Notes under the pieces: model-generated
The model's database searches: none
Told to the model about the DNA's origin: nothing
What the model saw: only the letters and a program-made list of their open reading frames with translations
In this document: piece after piece, positions 8,631 to 16,546 of the stretch
Numbering within the stretch: the first letter of the stretch is position 1
Layout: every line of letters begins with the position of its first letter
Made by a program: the position numbers and the translations under genes
Assembly (NCBI GenBank): GCA_041649315.1
Contig: JBAZNJ010000005.1
Coordinates: 709-64,708 of the forward strand
Direction of reading: 5' to 3'
DNA length: 64,000 bases
DNA from: Patescibacteria group bacterium
GTDB lineage: Bacteria; Patescibacteriota; Patescibacteriia; Patescibacteriales; UBA12465

Positions 8631-9686
8631 TCAAAAATCAAGGGGCTTAAAACCGAAGGGCTGGGTATAAATAATGCCGGCGACGCCGACAATTTCAGCT
8701 CGCACAAAACGGCTTCCAGCCGGAATCTCCGCTCGGGTAATCCGAGTACCGCTATAAATAATCCGGCTTTCTCCTGTAGCCGGATCAAAACTTAGCCAAT
8801 CAATCCGCTCATAATCGCCGTCAACTGAAATTTCTATAAAATCCTGACCGACTAAAATATTATTAACGGCAAAGTCCGGTTGAGTCCCCTGAGCCGTCGG
8901 GCGATAAATATAAAATTCTCCTTTTTCTATGGCCGAGCGAAGCGCGGCCGGAGTAAATTCTTCTAACAAAAAAACATTCCGATTCCAGGCAAAATCTTTT
9001 TCTAAATCATGCATATCATCATTCGCAAAGCCCCATACCGGCCGGGCCGGCATTAATTCATATAAAATATTATCCCATAATTCCCGATCGCCGGGGTAAC
9101 GATCGTTCCGATTATAAATTTCCAATCCGATTAAATTAGGAAAACGATGATAAAAATCTACGTACCAATTTATATCGTGTTCATAGCGCCCAGGATGAAA
9201 AAACATAGCCAGGCCGTCTTTCTCCTGAATCGCGACCAAGGCCTCTTCTTCCGTTAAGGCGCCGCCGCCATAATTATTAAAAAGGCTACCAATATGATCA
9301 GGATTTGATATTTCATTACCTTCAACCGCAATCATTCCTAAATCTTCCGGCGCGCGATTAAAATCAGCCCAAGACCAAGTCGTCTTACATTCGGTCCGAT
9401 TATCATGATCGGTAATCGCTAAAATTTTATAACCGCTATTTAAATAAGCATCGATTACTTCGGCCGGTTCGGCCTGGCCGTCGCTAAGCGTCGTATGCGT
9501 ATGTAAATTAGCGTCATAATACCCAATCTGCTCCCAATTCACATCAGCGTAAGGCGAAATAAAAATAGAAACATCGTTTCGCGCGCCGTTGAATTTAAAA
9601 AACAAAACAAAGGCGGCAACCAATAATATCAAAAGGCCGCCGATAAAAAATCTCCTCTGCTTATTTTTCCGAATTCTTTCTTCCAT
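8631..9686 (-). CDS. PHP-domain metal-dependent phosphoesterase, membrane-anchored
   Basis: N-terminal TM helix. The HTHTTLSDGQ motif and later ITDHD/FFHPGR/ANDDMH histidine/aspartate clusters are typical of the PHP (polymerase/histidinol phosphatase) fold. Confidence 0.75.
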   Translation of the reverse strand: MEERIRKNKQRRFFIGGLLILLVAAFVLFFKFNGARNDVSIFISPYADVNWEQIGYYDANLHTHTTLSDGQAEPAEVIDAYLNSGYKILAITDHDNRTECKTTWSWADFNRAPEDLGMIAVEGNEISNPDHIGSLFNNYGGGALTEEEALVAIQEKDGLAMFFHPGRYEHDINWYVDFYHRFPNLIGLEIYNRNDRYPGDRELWDNILYELMPARPVWGFANDDMHDLEKDFAWNRNVFLLEEFTPAALRSAIEKGEFYIYRPTAQGTQPDFAVNNILVGQDFIEISVDGDYERIDWLSFDPATGESRIIYSGTRITRAEIPAGSRFVRAEIVGVAGIIYTQPFGFKPLDF

Positions 9687-9713
9687 TTTATTACAATCCC
9701 ATCTTCTCTTTTA

Positions 9714-10007
9714 TTATAGCCCCGCCTTCTCTTCTGATTTTTCTTCTGATTCTGATTTTTCTTCCGGTTTTACTTCTAATTTTATACTGCCTTTTTCTCC
9801 TGCCTTCTTGTCTCGAGCAACTGCAAAAATATAGATGATTTCCAAAAGCGCCATAGTATTAACGACTAGAAGCGCAATAAACCAGCCCTTCTCTTTTCGG
9901 CGCGCCGCTTTCCAGAGCGCTACGCCCTTCCAGGCCAGGGACCAGGCCGCAATCAGGGCTAAAAGCCAAGGCCGACCCTGGATTGATTCAAAGGTAATTA
10001 AATTCAT
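9714..10007 (-). CDS. Small membrane protein, DUF5652-like
   Basis: 97 aa. The WKGVALWKAARRKEKGWFIALLVVNTMALLEIIYIF pattern matches my recollection of the DUF5652 family common in CPR genomes. The family assignment is from memory. Confidence 0.6.
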   Translation of the reverse strand: MNLITFESIQGRPWLLALIAAWSLAWKGVALWKAARRKEKGWFIALLVVNTMALLEIIYIFAVARDKKAGEKGSIKLEVKPEEKSESEEKSEEKAGL

Positions 10008-10046
10008 ATTTTTTAGATTATTATTTAAATTATTTTTCTTATGTAT

Positions 10047-10055
10047 ATTATACCA
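10047..10055 (-). promoter_or_regulatory. Extended -10 promoter element for ORF 9714..10007
   Basis: Minus strand reads TGGTATAAT (TGnTATAAT) ~40 nt upstream of the ATG at 10007. Confidence 0.4.
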
Positions 10056-10194
10056 TTTTATTAATCTATTGCCGAATTCTGCCTGTTATTTGGTTTCTTG
10101 TTTGGAAGATTTAAATAAAATTATGTGATGATAATTTCTGAGCTAAAATAAAAAAGGCAGTAACAAATATCACCGCCTCTTTTTGTAAATTCTA

Positions 10195-11487
10195 TCATTT
10201 ACCTCGTCGAAATTGAGAGCCATAAAACTTCCTCTTCCCTTTTTTCGGTTTATCTGACTTATTATGCGATCCTCCCCGAGAAGATCTTTTTATTTGCGAC
10301 CGGCGAGCCGGCGGCGCATGTTCTTTAGATAATTTAACAAATTCCGTCCGCCTAATATTCTTATTAATCAATCGCTCAATTTCTTTAATTTCTCGATACT
10401 GGCTAGCGGTAGCGAAAGTAATAGCCTTTCCTTTTTTATCCGCTCTTCCGGTGCGTCCGATGCGATGGACATAGTCTTCGGAGTTATCAGGCAGATTATA
10501 ATTAACGACTAATTCAATATCATTAATATCCAGCCCACGAGCGGCGACGTCAGTTGCCACTAAAATACGTTTCTTTCTAAATTTAAAAGCGTTAAGCGCT
10601 TCTCGACGACGACCTAAAGATAAATTTGAATGAATTTCTGTCGCCTGATGGCCGGTCGCCTGTAGTTTAAGGGTTAAAGTTTTTACACCGTGCTTAGTTC
10701 TAACAAACACTAAAACCGAGCCAGTATATTGAGCTAGTATTTTTTCTAAATGAGCCAAGCGTTCTTCACTATTGATGATAAATATTTCTTGATCTACTTG
10801 GGAAGCGGTTGTCCCTGACGGCGCAACCTCAATACTAACCGGCAACTTCATGTACTCCGTAGCAATTTTAACAATCGCCGCCGGCATGGTCGCAGAAAAT
10901 AGCATTGTTTGCCGCTCTTTCGGTAATTGGCTTAATATTTCTTTTATCTGAGGCGCAAATCCTAAATCCAGCATCATATCCGCTTCGTCTAAAACTAAAA
11001 TATTTATTCTATCCAATTTTATAGTTCGACGCTTTAAATGATCAATTAATCTGCCGGGAGTAGCAATAACAATATGAGGGTTTTTACGGAGACAAAAAAG
11101 CTGACGATCTAAAGACTCCCCGCCGATTAAACTCGCGGTTCTGAGACCTAAAGGTTGACCAAGTTTTTTTAAACTTTCTTCTACTTGTAGCGCGAGTTCG
11201 CGCGTCGGGGCGACAATTAGCCCTTGCCCTTTCGTTGCACCTAAACGTTGCAACATCGGAATGCCGAAGGCAAAAGTTTTTCCGGTGCCGGTTTGCGCTA
11301 CGCCAATTAAATCCTGGCCACTGAGTGCGGTCGGGATGGTTTTGGCTTGAATCGGCGTCGGCGTCTTAAGATTAAGTTTAACCAACACTTCTAAAATTGA
11401 TTTACTAATACCTAAATCCGTAAATTGCGTTAAGGGCGGAAGATCTTTTTTGTCGACAGGCGGCGCGACTTTAATAATATTTTTCAT
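10195..11487 (-). CDS. DEAD-box ATP-dependent RNA helicase
   Basis: Q-motif region, AQTGTGKT, PTRELA, VLDEADMMLD, SAT and HRIGRTGRA motifs, with a basic C-terminal tail. Confidence 0.92.
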   Translation of the reverse strand: MKNIIKVAPPVDKKDLPPLTQFTDLGISKSILEVLVKLNLKTPTPIQAKTIPTALSGQDLIGVAQTGTGKTFAFGIPMLQRLGATKGQGLIVAPTRELALQVEESLKKLGQPLGLRTASLIGGESLDRQLFCLRKNPHIVIATPGRLIDHLKRRTIKLDRINILVLDEADMMLDLGFAPQIKEILSQLPKERQTMLFSATMPAAIVKIATEYMKLPVSIEVAPSGTTASQVDQEIFIINSEERLAHLEKILAQYTGSVLVFVRTKHGVKTLTLKLQATGHQATEIHSNLSLGRRREALNAFKFRKKRILVATDVAARGLDINDIELVVNYNLPDNSEDYVHRIGRTGRADKKGKAITFATASQYREIKEIERLINKNIRRTEFVKLSKEHAPPARRSQIKRSSRGGSHNKSDKPKKGKRKFYGSQFRRGK

Positions 11488-11551
11488 AAAAAAAATAAAT
11501 GACCCGATTTTTCAAGGTCACTTATTATATGACAAAGATTCGAATCTTAAT

Positions 11552-12139
11552 TTAATAAATTAAGACTAGCACGTAATTAAAATTATCTATTCCCGCGACT
11601 GCCTCAGCACTGCAAGGAATATGAAGAAAAATGTACGGAATATTGGATGACGGCTCTAAATTAGACAAAACCCTATACATAAGGGCGTTGCAACAATAGG
11701 TTCCGGCCGATTCAGATAATTTTCTTTCGAATTTAATATTCAAATTCTTAAAATTCTTAAGCATGGCTTCTATGTCCCACTGAGCCAAATTTGTTTTTTT
11801 AGTCGCTCGAGAAGAAAATCGCGAATCCAATCTTTTCTTTTGTTCAAAGTCTAAACAATACTTTCCCTCTGACCAATTGATTGATGAAGTTTCAATTCTC
11901 AGACCTTTAACATCAGATGCCATTCCTAAGGAAATAATAGCTATTGCGTTAAGAGACCGAGCAAATTTAACAGTATTTAAACCAAAATTTTCAGCGCCGT
12001 CGCCAAAAGTGCGCGGCGGAAAAATTAAAGAGTAAAGATATAATTCACCGAGGACACTATGGCTTTTGAGAAATTGTTCGGTCGGATTAACTTTATAGTC
12101 GCCGAAAGGATAAAATCCAGTAATAAGAATATTTTTCAT
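11552..12139 (-). CDS. pcp: Pyroglutamyl-peptidase I (peptidase C15)-like
   Basis: ILITGFYPFG N-terminus. Candidate catalytic triad Glu (LRIETS), Cys (AGTYCCNALMY) and His (FLHIP) in the order expected for Pcp. Confidence 0.8.
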   Translation of the reverse strand: MKNILITGFYPFGDYKVNPTEQFLKSHSVLGELYLYSLIFPPRTFGDGAENFGLNTVKFARSLNAIAIISLGMASDVKGLRIETSSINWSEGKYCLDFEQKKRLDSRFSSRATKKTNLAQWDIEAMLKNFKNLNIKFERKLSESAGTYCCNALMYRVLSNLEPSSNIPYIFLHIPCSAEAVAGIDNFNYVLVLIY

Positions 12140-12224
12140 GTTTATAAATTTTTAAAGTTCTTAATGGATTATTATAATGAGAATCCGCTCTAAAGTCAAT
12201 GATGGATTAACAAATGTTTGGCTA

Positions 12225-12256
12225 ATAAAAAATGCCTTAATCTAAAGGCATTTTCT
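12225..12256 (-). terminator. Intrinsic terminator after the peptidase S51 gene
   Basis: AATGCCTT/AAGGCATT stem (12231-12252) with a T-run on the minus strand. Confidence 0.65.
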
Positions 12257-12294
12257 ATTCGGGGTTATTTTTGTGAGCTGGTTATAAAACCAAG

Positions 12295-12924
12295 CTAATG
12301 TTTAATTTCAACAATCCGGTACCAATCATCTTTTATTTCAATATATTGATAATCATTCAAAAGAATAAGTTTATTTTTAGTATTATAGTTATGAGCCAAT
12401 CTTTGATTAAGATAGCGTTCTTTAAAATGCCGGCTGCCCCAATGAGGCAAAACAACAAAATCTACCAAACCTAAACCTTTATATCCTTTTAACTTTGGCG
12501 CTTGCTTCGCGTTGTCTAATCTGTAAGTGGGATAAATATCCGGACCGGCCACAATAGACCCGGCGCTGGTACCGATATAAATTTTCCCGGCTTTTACCGC
12601 ATTTCGGAATATACCGATAGACCGACTGAGTTGAATTTGTTGCAAAAGATAAAAAGTATTGCCACCGCTAAAATATATAACATCCGCTTTCTTAACTTCT
12701 TTGGCTATGGACATTTTAGTTTGTCCGGTTACCGTATAATCAGATACTACAAAACCGGCTTTAACCAAGGCGTCTCTATCTTCTCTCTGCCAACGTTCAC
12801 CGAGCTTTAATTCACAAGCGGTATAAATATAAAGCAGCCGCCTATTTTTTGCTCCGCCAATTTTTTTAGCTATATCTTTAGCGACAAAATTAACGCTGGA
12901 GGTGAGAAAAATTTTTTTAGTCAT
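12295..12924 (-). CDS. Peptidase S51 (dipeptidase E-like)
   Basis: 209 aa with SGGNTFYLL and GTSAGS (nucleophile Ser) motifs of the PepE/S51 family. Confidence 0.8.
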   Translation of the reverse strand: MTKKIFLTSSVNFVAKDIAKKIGGAKNRRLLYIYTACELKLGERWQREDRDALVKAGFVVSDYTVTGQTKMSIAKEVKKADVIYFSGGNTFYLLQQIQLSRSIGIFRNAVKAGKIYIGTSAGSIVAGPDIYPTYRLDNAKQAPKLKGYKGLGLVDFVVLPHWGSRHFKERYLNQRLAHNYNTKNKLILLNDYQYIEIKDDWYRIVEIKH

Positions 12925-12956
12925 AGTAGAATTACTTATCTGAATTATATTTCAAA

Positions 12957-13400
12957 TTAATTTTCTTTATCTCTTCCCTTAATCAGCTCCTCCGCTCTGT
13001 TCAACAAACTTTTAGCATCAGTCAAGGCTTGTTTTAATTCGACTTCAGAAATACTGGCTAAATTACCATAATCAAAACGATTTCTTTTCTGGCGCATCTT
13101 TTGAATTCTTTGAAACTCATTACTCATCTCACCGCTCAACAATTCTCCAGCGGCGTTAATGGTTAAATAATGATGCCCCTCTGAACTTTTCTTAACCCGA
13201 TACCCAAATAACCATAAAATAACCTCGCAACCCATACGAATAGAATCGTAAAGATTAGTATAAATAATATCCTCATCTCCTGCGCCCGACAAATTTTTAA
13301 CGGCAAAATTAAAAATCCGACGAGCTTTTTCTTGCCTATTTTTAATATCCACCAAAGAAACGGTTATTTTTTCAATTTGGTTATTATTTAATAAATTCAT
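12957..13400 (-). CDS. HEPN-like domain protein (putative toxin partner of the upstream MNT)
   Basis: 147 aa, predicted all-helical. It overlaps the MNT gene by 17 nt, the classic MNT-HEPN order. The candidate motif is RNRFDYG (R-x4-Y) where canonical HEPN RNases have R-x4-6-H. Confidence 0.55.
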   Translation of the reverse strand: MNLLNNNQIEKITVSLVDIKNRQEKARRIFNFAVKNLSGAGDEDIIYTNLYDSIRMGCEVILWLFGYRVKKSSEGHHYLTINAAGELLSGEMSNEFQRIQKMRQKRNRFDYGNLASISEVELKQALTDAKSLLNRAEELIKGRDKEN

Positions 13401-13953
13401 CGGGATTGCCTTTTAGAGAAATTAATGGGGAGGAAAAAATATTTACAAAAAAGCTATTATTTTCCTTGATATTTTTTTCAACTTCCGCGCGACTAAAAAG
13501 ATGATAGCTTATCTCTCGATCAATCTCTTCTTCAACTTCACTTATTTCATTAATTAAAATGTCCTGATCTATTTCGCCGATCAGTAATAAGTCAACATCG
13601 CTATCTCTATTCTCTTCATTCTTTGCAATTGAACCGAAAAGAAAGGCATATTCTAAACCGACAAGCTTGCCGACCATATTCTTCAGTTTAAATTCGATTC
13701 CTATAGTTTTAGAAATAATACTTTTTAACTCTGCGAAAAGATGGTAATTTTTATTTAGTTTAAAAAAACGCATATTGCCTTTACGCTCATCTCGCAAAAC
13801 TCCCTGCGCTACAAGATCATTTAATTGTCTTTGATAGTAACTTGGCTCTTTGTTTAAAATTTTAGCGATTTCTCGCAAGTAATATTCCTTTTCCGGATTG
13901 GCGAAAAAAAGTCCTAGAATCTCCCCTTTCCCATTTTCTATAAAATTTATCAT
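13384..13953 (-). CDS. Winged-HTH + minimal nucleotidyltransferase (MNT/MntA-like antitoxin)
   Basis: The N-terminus is an ArsR-like wHTH (YLREIAKILNKEPSYYQRQLNDLVAQGVL). It is followed by the pol-beta NTase signature FLFGSIAKNEENRDSDVDLLLIG (G-S...D-x-D). Confidence 0.8.
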   Translation of the reverse strand: MINFIENGKGEILGLFFANPEKEYYLREIAKILNKEPSYYQRQLNDLVAQGVLRDERKGNMRFFKLNKNYHLFAELKSIISKTIGIEFKLKNMVGKLVGLEYAFLFGSIAKNEENRDSDVDLLLIGEIDQDILINEISEVEEEIDREISYHLFSRAEVEKNIKENNSFFVNIFSSPLISLKGNPDEFIK

Positions 13954-13984
13954 AATTTAATATTATATTATTTATATATACAAT

Positions 13985-14003
13985 CGTATACATATTGTAT
14001 ACG
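13985..14003. promoter_or_regulatory. Inverted repeat (candidate operator) upstream of the MNT gene
   Basis: CGTATAC-ATATT-GTATACG is a perfect 7-bp inverted repeat, 32 nt upstream of the MNT start codon. Confidence 0.35.
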
Positions 14004-14065
14004 TTATTATAAATAATGTCAAACCAACAAAAAATAGACTAATATCAGTCTATTTGATGTGCTTG

Positions 14066-14137
14066 AGCGGGTAACGGGAATCGAACCCGTCTCTCGACCT
14101 TGGCAAGGTCGCATAATAGCCACTATACGATACCCGC
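14066..14137 (-). tRNA. tRNA-Gly (GCC)
   Basis: The reverse complement folds as a cloverleaf: acceptor GCGGGTA/TACCCGC, anticodon arm CGACC-TTGCCAA-GGTCG, T arm ACGGG-TTCGATT-CCCGT. CCA is not encoded. Confidence 0.92.
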
Positions 14138-14149
14138 AATAATTATTCG

Positions 14150-14234
14150 TGGTGGTCCAGGTGGGAATCGAACCCACATACCTTTCGGCACAGCATTTTA
14201 AGTGCTGCGTGTATACCAGTTCCACCACTGGACC
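14150..14234 (-). tRNA. tRNA-Leu (TAA), class II with long variable arm
   Basis: Acceptor GGTCCAG/CTGGACC, anticodon arm CAGCA-CTTAAAA-TGCTG, long variable arm, T loop TTCGATT. The 3' CCA is encoded. Confidence 0.92.
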
Positions 14235-14301
14235 AATCTATGCTCTTTTGTTTTTATTAATATTCCTGCCACGCCAACATAGCGCCGGCCGGCGAATCTT
14301 G

Positions 14302-14684
14302 TGGAGATGATGGGAGTTGAACCCATGTCCAACCGGTTCCACCGAATATATTTACAAGGATAGGCCGATTTATTTTTTTAACCTCAACCATCAAAACCGG
14401 GCGAAAAGCGATTGAGGCGATCTTCCTATTTGTTTCAATATTCCCCGGAAAGAGCAAAGAATATCTATCCTCATGTTTATGACACCGGCCGTCGCTTATG
14501 AAGACTCAGCGCGACCGATGGCTATGGCTTATTTATTAGGCCATAACTGGAGCGTAACTTGGGCAAGCCCAAGTGAACGCTTTTGCCGTTTTGGCATTTG
14601 TGTTTTTTTAACCGGTTTAACGCGGCGGTTAAGCGCGCCTTGAATATCCGACAGAAGGTCCGGCTGTCGATGCCTGGCATCCCC
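14302..14684 (-). ncRNA. ssrA: tmRNA (SsrA), one-piece
   Basis: The 5' end reads GGGGATGCCAGGCATCGACAGCCGG. The 3' end has a tRNA-like T arm ATGGG-TTCAACT-CCCAT plus acceptor CATCTCCA. An internal tag ORF (14595..14539) ends in TAA TAA. The gene lies directly downstream of smpB. Confidence 0.85.
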
Positions 14685-14756
14685 GAAACTTCCCTCTTTT
14701 ATAGGGAGCGTCCGCTATAAACTTAAACGTAAGCCCCCTGCTCTATTTTCTCTTTG

Positions 14757-15215
14757 TTATTTTCTCTTTGTCAAAGACCTCAGTCGCCGGTCAACTTCCC
14801 GTCTCTTTATTGTTTCCCGCTTATCATATTTCTTCTTGCCTCGGGCGACCGCGAATTTAAGCTTGAGAAAACTATGATTAGTATATATTTTGAGCGGGAT
14901 TAGTGTCAAGCCCTCGGCCTGTTTTTTGCCTAATAAATGAGCGATTTCATTCTTCTTCAAAAGCAGTTTCCGCTCCCGGCGCTGATTATAATCCGGCATA
15001 ATTCCAGCGTTCTTATAGGGAGAAATCTGGCAATTTATCAAATATAGCTCGGCTCGTCCATTCTTGGTTCGGGGAGAAATAAAGCTCCCCTTTAGGCTTA
15101 GCTGTCCAGCTTTCGCCGCCTTAACTTCATGGCCTAACAAAACCAACCCGGCTTCATGTTCGTCCAGGATTTCATAGTCAAAATTAGCTTTCTTGTTTAT
15201 CGCCAGGTTGGGCAT
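14757..15215 (-). CDS. smpB: SsrA-binding protein SmpB
   Basis: 152 aa. Contains NKKANFDYEILDEHEAGLVLLGHEVKA and a basic C-terminal tail typical of SmpB. Confidence 0.93.
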   Translation of the reverse strand: MPNLAINKKANFDYEILDEHEAGLVLLGHEVKAAKAGQLSLKGSFISPRTKNGRAELYLINCQISPYKNAGIMPDYNQRRERKLLLKKNEIAHLLGKKQAEGLTLIPLKIYTNHSFLKLKFAVARGKKKYDKRETIKRREVDRRLRSLTKRK

Positions 15216-16494
15216 AGTTCCATTCTTTTAATTTAGCGATTACTTTTTCATTAGTTAAAATATTCTTTAAATAAGACGTATAGCCCGGTTCATCAAGCAT
15301 CTTAGAGACGTCTTTATTATCCGCATACTGCTTTTTCAGTTCCGCCAATTTATTTTTTATCTCATCTTCGGTCGGTGAAATTTTCTCGACAACCGCTAGC
15401 TCCCGGATAGCTAATGAGGATTTAACCCTTTTAACCGCGTTCGGCAGAAGCTCAAGCTTTAATTCGTCCTTGGTCTTTTTCAAATGCTGGAGATAATCAT
15501 CAAATTTTCCGCCCTGACGGATAACGCTTTGCTCTAATTCAGCTAATATATTCCGCGATTCACTTTCAAGCAATACTTCGGGCAAATCGCCGAATTTAGT
15601 ATCGTCAATAATCTTAGTTAGCATTTCCGCTTCGTTTTTTAACTCTGCCTGGCGCTTCTTTTCATTCAACAAGCTCTCGCGCAAATTCTTCTTTAACTCC
15701 GCTAAATCCTTTAGGCGGAAAAAGGTGGCAAACTCATCGTTTAATTCCGGCAAAGTCCGGCTATATACTTCCTTTACTTTGATTTCAAATTCAACCATCT
15801 TTCCGGCGATATTTTTCTGATGGTGGTCAGTCGGATAAGGCAAGGAAAATTTCCGTTCCTCGCCTTTTTTCGCCCCGATTATCTTCTTATCAAATCCGGC
15901 GACAAAATATTCCTTCCCAATCATAATCGCCATGTCCTTATGCTGGCCATCCTCCAAAGGGACTTTATCTAAAAACATCTTGATATCAACCGTTACCTTG
16001 TCGCCGTCCTCAACCGGCCGATCCGCCAAAGCTTCAGCCGCGCGCATTTCCCGCAAATCATCCAAAGATTTTTCCAGTTCCTTGTCGCTCACTTCCGGCG
16101 CATCAATTTTTATTTTCAAATCTTTATACTTTCCTAAAGCGACAGTCGGTAAAATTGATAAGATAACTTTATATTCCAAAGGATTATCCGGCGCCAATTT
16201 AGTTACATTAACATCGGGCTGGCCGACCGCCTGGGTGCTCATCGTGTTCTTTTCAATCGCTTCGTCAATCGTCTTATTGATCGCGATATGCGCCGCCTGC
16301 TCTAAAATCGTCATCTCACCAATCTTCTGTTTTAAAATTTCATAAGGAACCTTGCCCGGTCGAAAACCTTCTATCTTTACTTCTTTTGAAACTTTTTCCG
16401 CGCCTTTAGTTATATAAGGGGCGAATTCCGCCGCACTTAACTCCACAATTAATTCTATTTGTGATTTTGGTAATTCTTTTTTAGTAATTTGCAT
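15184..16494 (-). CDS. tig: Trigger factor
   Basis: 436 aa. N-terminal ribosome-binding region with the GFRPGKVP signature. Overlaps smpB by 32 nt. Confidence 0.92.
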   Translation of the reverse strand: MQITKKELPKSQIELIVELSAAEFAPYITKGAEKVSKEVKIEGFRPGKVPYEILKQKIGEMTILEQAAHIAINKTIDEAIEKNTMSTQAVGQPDVNVTKLAPDNPLEYKVILSILPTVALGKYKDLKIKIDAPEVSDKELEKSLDDLREMRAAEALADRPVEDGDKVTVDIKMFLDKVPLEDGQHKDMAIMIGKEYFVAGFDKKIIGAKKGEERKFSLPYPTDHHQKNIAGKMVEFEIKVKEVYSRTLPELNDEFATFFRLKDLAELKKNLRESLLNEKKRQAELKNEAEMLTKIIDDTKFGDLPEVLLESESRNILAELEQSVIRQGGKFDDYLQHLKKTKDELKLELLPNAVKRVKSSLAIRELAVVEKISPTEDEIKNKLAELKKQYADNKDVSKMLDEPGYTSYLKNILTNEKVIAKLKEWNYAQPGDKQES

Positions 16495-16546
16495 AATACT
16501 AATTTAGTTAAAATATCCGGCGCAAGCCCCGAATATAATAATTTAT

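Noticed and set aside
8591-8788. ORF 8591..8788 (-) overlapping the 3' end of the PHP-domain gene
   Set aside because: It is out of frame within a longer, motif-supported ORF and has no start context or homology cues.
14019-14457. ORF-track entries 14019..14228 (-) and 14257..14457 (-)
   Set aside because: They lie entirely over tRNA-Gly, tRNA-Leu and the 3' domain of tmRNA. The translated sequences are artefacts of structured-RNA genes.
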